Part shown: positions 1-8,578 of the stretch, piece after piece
How the letters are laid out: each line of letters starts with the position of its first letter
Position numbering within the stretch: the first letter of the stretch is position 1
Assembly (NCBI GenBank): GCA_036170915.1
Contig: JAVHQC010000031.1
Span: forward strand, 1-43,943
Length of the DNA: 43,943 nt
Origin: Cyanobacteria bacterium auto_48_18
GTDB taxonomy: Bacteria; Cyanobacteriota; Vampirovibrionia; Obscuribacterales; Obscuribacteraceae
Direction: 5' to 3'
Notes under the pieces: model-generated
Databases searched by the model: none
Told to the model about the DNA's origin: nothing
What the model saw: only the letters and a program-made list of their open reading frames with translations
Position numbers and translations under genes: made by a program

Positions 1-55
1 AGTCAGACGATAGTAATTAGACCACCGCAGATTTATCTGGGTGGTCTTTTTGTTT
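1..55 (+). repeat. Direct repeat copy 1 (cut by window start): 3' end of candidate sRNA plus intrinsic terminator
   Basis: 53/55 identical to 8508-8562; hairpin GACCACC-G-CAGA-TTTA-TCTG-GGTGGTC followed by TTTTTGTTT. Confidence 0.9.
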
Positions 56-3000
56 ATATCCCCTTCGGCGCGATATCCACTGCAACTCCATCCACCCATT
101 GCTTATTTTCGTCAGCATAATAAAGATATGCACGGCTGGCTGGGCCGGTGTAGGTACCGGGCACCGCAGCAATTAGACTGAGCGCTATGTCGACCTTTGC
201 TTCAGCCGGCAATGTGCGCCAGTAGAACACCACGTCACGTCCACGCACCTCATAGGCATCGATCTTGCCTTTTTTAACCAGCTCCTTAAGTTGATCGTGA
301 CGCGGTTCAAGCCCTCCAGGCAAGCCGATTATGGCAACGGGTGTGGGCACCACTGCTTTCTCTTTATTAATCACAGTGACGTTTGCTTCAGTGGCGCTGC
401 CTTCAGTGAGCTTACTTTGAGCAAGTACTAATTTCAAATCGAGTTTGCACTGGTCTGAACTTTGAGGAGTGATGGCATTGTATTTCACAGCCATTGAGTA
501 TGGCATTGGTGCGCCGCCTTCCATGCGCAGCTCCAGCTTGTGGTCGCCTGGTGTCAGGAGCTCACTGAGGTCTGGCAATTTGATTGCACCGGTTGTGGCT
601 GGTGTGAAGTCGGCCCAATCGCCAATTGATTGACCGTCTACATAGAGGCGCACCTTCCCTGGTGCCTTGGGCTTGGCTCGCATTTTGTCGTAAGTGACAA
701 TGGCACGCAGGGCCAGCACTGTTGACTGTGTAGAACCGTAGCGTCCGGCTTTGCATGAATCGGCCAAAAATTTGACTGACTTTTCCACATTGCCTGCATA
801 CTGAGCATCGCGCATCCAGGCCAAACTAGCCAGGGCTGCACCTTCCACAGCGAGTGCTTCGCCTTCGCTACCAACAATAGAACTCTTCACGTCACCTATA
901 CTGCCATCGGCTTTCTGCTTAGATGCCAGTCGATCCATTAGCTTTTTGGCTTCAACTTTGTTGCCTGATAGATACAGGGCGTTTGCCGCCAGTGCCAGCA
1001 CATAACTATTCTGACTGCTGGCAGAAGCGCTCTTCAGCGAGTCAATTTCTGGTGTCAGATCAGAGGCTGCCTGACCGGTTTCGAGCAGTGACCACAAGAT
1101 GTAGGCATTAGAGCAATCTTTGTCTTCAATCCAGGTATGCAAGGCGCGACGTTTGCGTGAGAAACCACCCTTACCGTCTCTTTGCTTGAACAGCCATGCA
1201 CGAGTAGAAGCGATCATAGTTTGATCCACATCTCTCACTTTAGCCATGTCACTGAAATGAAGCAGACCGAAAGCTGTCAGGGCCTCGTGACCAGGGTTTT
1301 CACCAAACCACTCATAGCCTTTGTCAGGGCACCAGAAACCTACCAGCATCTTGTAGCCGGTATCAAGTTTTTTACGCGAAGTTTCTACCAATTTAGGATC
1401 TACACCAGTATGTGAGAGGAAGTATTGCTGAGCCATAGTCAGTGGATAACTGGTGGAGCAAGTCTGCTCAAAGCATCCATTTGGATCTTGAATCAGGCGC
1501 TCAAGAGCCTCAGTCATGTTGGCCAGCGGAGTGGGATAGATGGCCGTGTTAGAAGTAATGCTGCCGACGATAACCTCTTTGGGAATGGTTAAGGTGTGCA
1601 CCACGTTTTTACCCGGTTCAATCATGCCACCAAAACTTTTCTCAATCGGGAAACCTTTTGGTTTGACGCTTAGATTTCTCGTCACTTTGTCTTGGAACAG
1701 ACCCGACTTGGCACTCAAAGCAAAGGCACTGTTGCCGTTACCTGCGCCTACATCAATAGGTTGAATCAAACGCACTCGGCTACCGGCACCAAGAGCGGTG
1801 CCACTTTTGACTAGGGGCTGAAGCTTGAATTGTCCTCTTGAAGCTCCGTTCAAGTCGATGGATAAGTCTGGGCTAGCTAGTTCACTACTCGTAGCATTGA
1901 CCAGGCTGATAGGTAGCAGTATATGATCGCCTGCCGTCACCTCAAGAGGTAGCTTCAGTTCTGCATAGAAAGGCTGCACTGATTCGACACCGAGATTGGT
2001 GGCACCCAATGCGCCACTACCAGAGAAGGCATCGGCAAAAACTCGGAAGGTGCTGACACTATCGTTCAAGCCAAAGCTAACAGTCGCTTCGCCAGTCTTA
2101 GCATCGGTTTTAACACCGGTGTTCCAAAATAGAGTTTCGGTAAAGTCAATGCGGTCTGTGGGGTTTCGGTCTTTACGAACTTGATAAGCAAACTCACGAA
2201 CCATGATCAGATCGCTGCGCGAAGCACGGGCGTCATCACCCTCGCCTCCGGCTAGAAATCCAGCTTTTCGCTCCATCATTGCCGCCTTTCCCATGGCCAG
2301 TTGTAGCTTGTCGCGAGCAATTTCAGATGCAGGGAGATTTTTGCTCTGCTGCGGCATTGGCTCCAGTCTATTTTGCTTCTGATCGTCTTGATCTGGAGCA
2401 ATCAATTGGGCAGCCTGACGAGCAGGGCTAGGCGCTGGCACCGGCATTGGCATCCCGGCCACAGCAGCCGCTGGCATCGCCATTTCAGCCATAGCAGCCA
2501 TCGGCATATCCCCACCTCTAAACCTGATCATTCCACCTTCTTTCATGGCCTTCTCAACTTCATGCTGCGCTTGAATCTTAAGCGCCACAACCCGGCGAGC
2601 TTTGTCTCCATTAGCCTCAGTAAATTTAGCCAGGTCCATGAGGGCAAAGCGCCGCCAGCCCTGAGTGCCAAGCAGAAGGTCAGTGGCGATTGCTGCTTTA
2701 GCATTAGTCGAGTCGAGATAGACATGAGCATCGGCCAGGTCAGATACTTCCGGCTCGAGAAATGCCATGACAGGAAGCCGCGGGGCTTGCTCGCGCTTTT
2801 CCATCATTTCAAGCACACTGTCGTCGGTCACAGTGACACCGACAACCGCCGCAACAGGCTTGTCGTTTTCATCGGTTGCTCTGACTGTAAGCTTGGCACT
2901 GTCACCAGGAACGTAATTTTTCTTGTCTGGAGTGATGCTTATTTTGAGCGGGTGCTGTGGTGCGCGGAAAATAAGCCTCTCTGCCAGGGGCACTTCTTTG

Positions 3001-4328
3001 TCACTCCATATGGTGGCAGTTAAAACACCTTCTGCATCATCTGGAACGACAAAATTGACAGGCATCAACATGCCGGGTTTAACATCGCTGCGCTTGCTCA
3101 AATCTACGTGGCACTCTGACAACACGGTCTCGCGCTTTGCCAGAGTAACGCTGAATTTCTCGGTGGTAGAGCCTACAACAACTGTGATGGGCTGACCTTT
3201 GGCGAATGTGTCTTGGCCTGAGCGAATAATTGCCCCGGTGCTTTGCACTGTGGGCAAGGGAAAGATTGTCTTTATTCCAGCAGGCTCATCAATAGAAAGA
3301 AAATATTCTTTGTTTGCTTCAGGGGTGAATTGAATTCTTCCTCTACCTTCATGCTCAGTCGAAAACTCAGCCACAGTGGCATCGGATTGTTTGGAGATTA
3401 GCTTACCGGCAAGATCTGCCGGTTTGCCATTGGGCAGCATAGCTTGAATATAGAGACGATTGGGGAAGCCGGCGATTAGCTCGCCACCTTCTGGAAACAT
3501 CTTTAGATCAACTGTCTGCAGGAGAATGGGAATGGTTTTGGAAGCGGTCTCGATCACGCCACCATCTTCAATAATGAGCGCCAGAGTCCCTTCACCTCGC
3601 GGAATCTCGCGCGGCAAGTCTAAGCTCACTGAGCAGAGCCCACTGTCATCAACCTTTGCTATGCCACCATTGACGGTGACGCCGTCGACCAGGGCAGTAA
3701 CTGTCACTTTTGCACCGACGGGAACGCCTCCTTCTGCCCGTTTCACATCGAGGGTGGCGCTAATTTTTTCGCCTGGTCCGTAGCCGTCACGCAAGAAAGT
3801 TATCTGTGACCTCAAGCGTGGTGCCCGGTAAGTTCTGATGTCGAACTTTCTTTCAGCAGGCGCATGGCCATTCCACGGATAGGTAGCTTTGAGCAAGTAC
3901 TGGCCGCCCGCCTGTCCTTCCGGTACCTTCCAGCTAAAGCCCCAGGCGCTGTCTTGTGAGCTGACTGTTCCGCCAGCTACCACTTCGCCCTTGGGTCCGG
4001 TAATCTCGATGGTGGCACTGCCGCCTTGCGCGTCAGCAATGGGCTTATGATCAGAGGCGCTGAGTAGAACTCCACGCACATAAACATTTTCACCGGCGCG
4101 ATAGATTGGCTTATCAGTGCTGATAAAAGTGAGATAGCGATCTTTGCCACCGAGAATTTCAGTGTTAGCTTGGCTCTTGCGCATAGTGATTTGCTCCACT
4201 GTTCCCGTCTCGGCCCTGGGTAAATTCCCCATGGCAAAACTGTCATGCGGGCTGGCATAGGCTCTATTTATAAGTAATGAGCCTAGAACGGCCACTGTAA
4301 GACCACCGAAAATCCATTGGCGAGACAT
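54..4328 (-). CDS. Alpha-2-macroglobulin-family thioester protein (MG domains, bait-like region, TED), secreted
   Basis: TDKPIYRAGE MG2-type motif, FTETLFW, thioester GCFEQ (CFEQ at 1464-1475); start moved to ATG 4328 with AGGAG RBS; signal peptide ending AYA. Confidence 0.92.
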   Translation of the reverse strand: MSRQWIFGGLTVAVLGSLLINRAYASPHDSFAMGNLPRAETGTVEQITMRKSQANTEILGGKDRYLTFISTDKPIYRAGENVYVRGVLLSASDHKPIADAQGGSATIEITGPKGEVVAGGTVSSQDSAWGFSWKVPEGQAGGQYLLKATYPWNGHAPAERKFDIRTYRAPRLRSQITFLRDGYGPGEKISATLDVKRAEGGVPVGAKVTVTALVDGVTVNGGIAKVDDSGLCSVSLDLPREIPRGEGTLALIIEDGGVIETASKTIPILLQTVDLKMFPEGGELIAGFPNRLYIQAMLPNGKPADLAGKLISKQSDATVAEFSTEHEGRGRIQFTPEANKEYFLSIDEPAGIKTIFPLPTVQSTGAIIRSGQDTFAKGQPITVVVGSTTEKFSVTLAKRETVLSECHVDLSKRSDVKPGMLMPVNFVVPDDAEGVLTATIWSDKEVPLAERLIFRAPQHPLKISITPDKKNYVPGDSAKLTVRATDENDKPVAAVVGVTVTDDSVLEMMEKREQAPRLPVMAFLEPEVSDLADAHVYLDSTNAKAAIATDLLLGTQGWRRFALMDLAKFTEANGDKARRVVALKIQAQHEVEKAMKEGGMIRFRGGDMPMAAMAEMAMPAAAVAGMPMPVPAPSPARQAAQLIAPDQDDQKQNRLEPMPQQSKNLPASEIARDKLQLAMGKAAMMERKAGFLAGGEGDDARASRSDLIMVREFAYQVRKDRNPTDRIDFTETLFWNTGVKTDAKTGEATVSFGLNDSVSTFRVFADAFSGSGALGATNLGVESVQPFYAELKLPLEVTAGDHILLPISLVNATSSELASPDLSIDLNGASRGQFKLQPLVKSGTALGAGSRVRLIQPIDVGAGNGNSAFALSAKSGLFQDKVTRNLSVKPKGFPIEKSFGGMIEPGKNVVHTLTIPKEVIVGSITSNTAIYPTPLANMTEALERLIQDPNGCFEQTCSTSYPLTMAQQYFLSHTGVDPKLVETSRKKLDTGYKMLVGFWCPDKGYEWFGENPGHEALTAFGLLHFSDMAKVRDVDQTMIASTRAWLFKQRDGKGGFSRKRRALHTWIEDKDCSNAYILWSLLETGQAASDLTPEIDSLKSASASSQNSYVLALAANALYLSGNKVEAKKLMDRLASKQKADGSIGDVKSSIVGSEGEALAVEGAALASLAWMRDAQYAGNVEKSVKFLADSCKAGRYGSTQSTVLALRAIVTYDKMRAKPKAPGKVRLYVDGQSIGDWADFTPATTGAIKLPDLSELLTPGDHKLELRMEGGAPMPYSMAVKYNAITPQSSDQCKLDLKLVLAQSKLTEGSATEANVTVINKEKAVVPTPVAIIGLPGGLEPRHDQLKELVKKGKIDAYEVRGRDVVFYWRTLPAEAKVDIALSLIAAVPGTYTGPASRAYLYYADENKQWVDGVAVDIAPKGI

Positions 4329-4444
4329 AGCCACGCTCCTTTGCCTTAGTGATTTCAATTTTGGCACGGAGCAGACCGGCAAAATAAGACGGTAAAGGAG
4401 GATAAAAGTTCAGGGTAAATAACAGGGTCGGCAAGTCGGCCGCC

Positions 4445-5071
4445 CTAATTGTCTTCCCCACCAATCATCAAATGAGCATATGGCTGAATCACCCGTTTAG
4501 GCTCGGCGCCTGCATTTGGATTAGCCAATTTATGCGCATGCAATTTTTGATTGGCCAGAGCCTTGCGCATGTCGCGTGAAAGTTTTACCTCTTTCACTTC
4601 TATCTTATGAATGCGAATGCCAAAATCTTTTGTTTGTCGATCAAGAATATTTTTGAGATTGAAATTGACACGATTGCGATCAGACAATAAATGTGCAAGA
4701 TCGTTGTTGCCAACTGCTGTTCGCAAAGAGCTTTCAGTCAACTCTTTTACAGCGGCTCCTAAATTTTCAACTTTAGTTACTGCTTTTTTGGCATCCACAA
4801 TTTGATACATGCAGAGTGCAGCAACTTTTACAGAAAGATTATCAGAGGTCAAAACTTCAATTGGTGCGATTGGCAAAGTAATCATTCGAGTGTCGACCAT
4901 CTGCCCGCGCTCAATCATCGGCAACACCAGCTGCAAGCCGGCACCTCTGTCTGCCACCGCTCTGCCGAGGCGAAAAATCACCATGCGATCATGTTCTTTG
5001 ACCACCTTCATGCCCGAAAGAATTATCATGATTGTCAGTACGATCACTCCGCCAAGTATTTCGAACATCAT
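4445..5071 (-). CDS. SPFH/band-7 (stomatin/slipin-like) membrane protein
   Basis: N-terminal TM helix, VIFRLGR, VDTR, EVLTSDNLSVKV, SLRTAVG and IEVKEV are typical stomatin motifs. Confidence 0.9.
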   Translation of the reverse strand: MMFEILGGVIVLTIMIILSGMKVVKEHDRMVIFRLGRAVADRGAGLQLVLPMIERGQMVDTRMITLPIAPIEVLTSDNLSVKVAALCMYQIVDAKKAVTKVENLGAAVKELTESSLRTAVGNNDLAHLLSDRNRVNFNLKNILDRQTKDFGIRIHKIEVKEVKLSRDMRKALANQKLHAHKLANPNAGAEPKRVIQPYAHLMIGGEDN

Positions 5072-5212
5072 TTCTCCCGGTCACTGGTTCAACCATTCTA
5101 GAGCGCCTGCCGCAATCTGAAAACCGGGGAAAGCCTGATTCAGTAAAATCCCTACTATGCATATTGCGCCCGTAAGCTACGATAAATAGGTGGGTGCATC
5201 CGAGGGCAAACT

Positions 5213-8152
5213 ATGGGCAACAAACAACCAACCCTCGAACCCCGCATATTGCCGTCCTTGCTTCCACCTTCACCGTCAAAACCTTTACTAATCAAACAAT
5301 TACTTAATCCAAAAAAGCACGGTCGCCTGTTCCTCTTTTGCGGCGTGCTGTTGCCTTTGGCTGCCATGGCTTTCGAGTTGATCACGCATTTTTGCGCTCA
5401 ACATTATTTTGATCCTTTTCCCTCGGCCAATCATGTGGTCTTATTCACGCTCATTCCCCTGAGCAATTATCTGGCATGGCTTTCCGGCAGAAAAGATATG
5501 TCGGCCCATTTTGGATTTATGTCTCTAATCAGCGGCATGGCCATGGGCATCGGTTGCCTGTATGCCTTGATGTTCATGCCTCTGACCGCCACCTCGGCAA
5601 TCTACACTCTATTCTTCGGCTTTGGTTTGCTGGGCCTCGCCCCCCTGCTGTCAGTGCCGTGCACCTGGCTGGGCGGAAAAACCGTTTGCAGGCTGGCAAC
5701 GAGGAGGAAAACATTTTTCGACTCACACCAAGTCGAGCATATCGGGCATTTGATCGTGCTCTGCATGGTAATCGCAATCGAATTTCCGTCAACTGCAACA
5801 CGCATAAATTTGAGCAAAGCAGCTGAAGGAAACGCGCCTGCTATTTCATGGTTGCGACAATTCGGCAGCGAAGAAGTTATGCTCAGAGCTTGCTATGAGC
5901 GCTCTGGACGCGCCACTGATATTCTCGGCTCAATGTACGAAGGTGGGCATCCGTTAAGTATTGAAAAGGCGCGGGCAATATTTTATCAAGTCACAGGCAA
6001 ACCATTTAACTCTGTTCCTATTCCAAGTTCAGCAAGAGCCACAATTCAACACGCGGGGCTTGTAGACGATCCGGCTGCAGTTAATGCCGGTGTGCAAGAC
6101 GAGTTTGATTTAGATGCCGACATCGCTGGCGAAAATGTTAGCGGCGCCGCTCGCGGCCTCAGTGTTTCAGGAGCCAGTTTAACCGGCACCATTAGCCCAG
6201 ACGCGGCGGTGGCAGAGCTTGATTGGTCACTCACATTCAACAATGTCTCTAAATATGATCGCGAAGCCAGAGCTAAATTATTGTTGCCGCCTGGTGGTGT
6301 TGTGACTAAGGCTACTGTAATCGTTAACGGTGTCGAGCGCGACGCCGTTATTCAAGTGCGCAGCGCCGCTCGTAACTATTACCGGCAATCGCTGGTCGAA
6401 AAAAAGGCACCGCTTCTGGTCAGCACATGCGGCGTAGACCAGGTACTTATTCAATGTTTTCCGGTGCAGCCAAACGGCGCAATGACAGTAAAGCTCAAAG
6501 TGGCCGCACCGCTTGTGGTGAGTCAGGACAAAGCCCGTGCGGCGCTGGCTCTACCATCATTGCAAGAGCGCAATTTTCAGTTTGATGCAAACAACATAAT
6601 TGATATGACTGCTAGCCGACCACTGACCTCTCCAGTAAGCAGTCTTACTAGCACCATAGACAGTGCCTATCACTTAAAAGGCAATATAGAGCCAGCGCAA
6701 ATGTCCAGATTCGCCGGAGTAATCTGGTGCGACCGTGACCCCAACCTCACGACTGGAATAGCCGATTACTCTGGCAACAAAATAGCTCACCGCATCAATT
6801 CTCTTGCTTACAAAACACCAAAATCATTAGTGATTCTTGTAGACGGCTCAGAGTCTATGAAAAATTATATGGCCGACATTGCTAGCGCCCTTAAGACTTT
6901 GCCTGAATCTCTGCAAACACAGATAGTGTTCATCGGTGATAACAGCATTACTTTTCGCGACCCCGCAAATTTACTAAATTACAAACCAGCAGGTGGTCAG
7001 TCTGATGATAAAGCTTTGGTGCAATACCTGAAAGCAGTGTCTAATATTTCAGTACTGTGGATACACGGCTCGCAACCAATCAGCAGCGAAAATAAAACTG
7101 CTTTTCATCAGCTTTTAAATCTTCCAGCAGACTCTCCTAGACTTTACGATTTACAAGTGTCAGCGGGGCCAAATGAGATTCTCAATGATTTAAACCCTGG
7201 CCCCAACTATGTGCGAGTGGCAAGACTCGGTACGGTCAAATCTGATCTTGAACGCCTGTTTTCACAATGGCAGCCCACTGCAAGCGCAGCAAATCAATTT
7301 GAGATATTGCAAGCACAAGAGCCTGCACATGAAAACGCTGAGTCTGCAAACCCTGCGTCTACAAACACAGCAGCGGCACCAGCTTACATCGCCCAGCTTT
7401 ACGGATACCATCAATTGCTTGCTAGTTTGCAAAATACATCAGACCCCACCAGCCAAAATCAGGCTCTGGCGCTGGCATCGAAATATCAAATAGTCAGTCC
7501 GGTTTCAAGTGCAGTGGTTGTTGATTTTAATATCGCACCGGCTAATCACCCAGCGCCGCCAAAAAGCGTTCTACCTAAATTATGGAACCCACTCCTTTCT
7601 GGTGGCAGAGAAATTCAATCGCGCCTAAATGACCTTTCGAGTGCTGCATCGACAGCCTGTCTTGAAGCCCCTCCACCGCCGTCAGCGGCAGACTTTTCAG
7701 GCGATGATGGCAATATGAAGGCCAAGCAAAAAGAGGCGGTCTGGGAAGGAGATAAAGCCGACGTTGGTCCAGTCGGTGGGCGCGGCGACGAAGCAAGAGA
7801 CGAAGCAAGAGAAGAAGGAAAAGATCAAGAGATCGGCCTGGAGACAAAAAAACAGAACGAATCGAGTTCGATGTTTCAGCGCCAGAATAGCCAACCTGCT
7901 GCAGAAGCACCGGGTAAAAATCTATACCTGCAAGGAGCTACTAATGGTGTTGTTGCCCAGCCCAACATGCCTAGCCAAGGGCCGATCGGGGCGCCTGTAG
8001 ACCCGCGCTACGGCCAATCAACTGAAGCTGCACAGATAGCTGGCTACGAAGAGAATCGCTTCGAATGGCGTTGGATTGTTTGCTCCATAGCTTCCCTTCT
8101 GTTCTTCGCCTTTATGTTCAAAAAATTTCTAGCCAAAAAGAAGCATAAGTAG
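5213..8152 (+). CDS. Multi-TM membrane protein with VIT-like and vWA (MIDAS) domains and a C-terminal TM anchor
   Basis: About 5 N-terminal hydrophobic helices; AELDWSLTFNN..EARAKLLLPPGGVVT..PLLVS..IQCFPV (VIT-like); VILVDGSES (DxSxS); YQIVSPVSSAVVV; terminal TM helix plus basic tail. Confidence 0.75.
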   Translation: MGNKQPTLEPRILPSLLPPSPSKPLLIKQLLNPKKHGRLFLFCGVLLPLAAMAFELITHFCAQHYFDPFPSANHVVLFTLIPLSNYLAWLSGRKDMSAHFGFMSLISGMAMGIGCLYALMFMPLTATSAIYTLFFGFGLLGLAPLLSVPCTWLGGKTVCRLATRRKTFFDSHQVEHIGHLIVLCMVIAIEFPSTATRINLSKAAEGNAPAISWLRQFGSEEVMLRACYERSGRATDILGSMYEGGHPLSIEKARAIFYQVTGKPFNSVPIPSSARATIQHAGLVDDPAAVNAGVQDEFDLDADIAGENVSGAARGLSVSGASLTGTISPDAAVAELDWSLTFNNVSKYDREARAKLLLPPGGVVTKATVIVNGVERDAVIQVRSAARNYYRQSLVEKKAPLLVSTCGVDQVLIQCFPVQPNGAMTVKLKVAAPLVVSQDKARAALALPSLQERNFQFDANNIIDMTASRPLTSPVSSLTSTIDSAYHLKGNIEPAQMSRFAGVIWCDRDPNLTTGIADYSGNKIAHRINSLAYKTPKSLVILVDGSESMKNYMADIASALKTLPESLQTQIVFIGDNSITFRDPANLLNYKPAGGQSDDKALVQYLKAVSNISVLWIHGSQPISSENKTAFHQLLNLPADSPRLYDLQVSAGPNEILNDLNPGPNYVRVARLGTVKSDLERLFSQWQPTASAANQFEILQAQEPAHENAESANPASTNTAAAPAYIAQLYGYHQLLASLQNTSDPTSQNQALALASKYQIVSPVSSAVVVDFNIAPANHPAPPKSVLPKLWNPLLSGGREIQSRLNDLSSAASTACLEAPPPPSAADFSGDDGNMKAKQKEAVWEGDKADVGPVGGRGDEARDEAREEGKDQEIGLETKKQNESSSMFQRQNSQPAAEAPGKNLYLQGATNGVVAQPNMPSQGPIGAPVDPRYGQSTEAAQIAGYEENRFEWRWIVCSIASLLFFAFMFKKFLAKKKHK

Positions 8153-8338
8153 AAACCATAAATAGAGGCCCTTGTTCATAACTCGATATGCGATCGAATT
8201 TGAATCAACAGGCACCGTGGGTCACGCGCTTGGCTAGCACCGCTTATATACAGAATGAGCCCTAAAGCCACTTACGGAATTGTCATACGATATGCACAAT
8301 ATCTTCTACGGGGGACTTCCTATCTCAACCTATCTCGC

Positions 8339-8344
8339 TATACT
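8339..8344 (+). promoter_or_regulatory. Putative -10 element (TATACT) for the candidate sRNA
   Basis: 5/6 match to TATAAT, 6 nt before the structured region; -35 is weak. Confidence 0.35.
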
Positions 8345-8350
8345 TATTAC

Positions 8351-8562
8351 ATAAGCGGTGAGCACACACCAATCAATAAGTTGTGTGCTTTGAGCCGAGG
8401 GGTTAAGTGGAAACATCAGGTCGGCGCAGACCAGAAACTGTAACGATACCCGCTAGCTGTGGATTCTGACTTGAAGCAGCAAGAGATATCGAGCCTACGC
8501 AATAGGCAGTCAGACGATAGTAAAAAGACCACCGCAGATTTATCTGGGTGGTCTTTTTGTTT
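8351..8562 (+). ncRNA. Candidate structured small RNA (~210 nt), family unknown
   Basis: Between convergent genes; stems AGCACACA/TGTGTGCT, GGTC/GACC, TCTGACT/AGTCAGA, GCCTA/TAGGC; ends in a terminator; 3' 55 nt duplicated at 1-55. Confidence 0.5.
8522..8558. terminator. Bidirectional intrinsic terminator (within repeat copy 2, 8508-8562)
   Basis: AAAAAGACCACC..GGTGGTCTTTTT hairpin with A and T tracts on either side. Confidence 0.85.
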
Positions 8563-8578
8563 GCCTAAACAATTGCGA

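Noticed and set aside
8238..8360. Retron msr-msd bounded by a1/a2 inverted repeats
   Set aside because: No reverse transcriptase in the window and no long msd hairpin
8400..8520. SRP RNA, tmRNA or Yfr2 identity
   Set aside because: Only scattered fragments match (TCAGGTC, GAAGCAGC, GGATTCTGAC, one GGAAACA); no contiguous SRP helix 8 and no tRNA-like ends
8351..8540. Cobalamin riboswitch (TTAAGTGGAA, AACTGTAA and AGTCAG look familiar)
   Set aside because: Lacks the GGTG.AA.TCC stem-loop and a contiguous B12 box, and has no downstream sense gene; kept as an unknown RNA pending cmscan
1..8562. CRISPR array or composite transposon
   Set aside because: Only two repeat copies 8.5 kb apart; no spacers, cas genes, transposase or integrase
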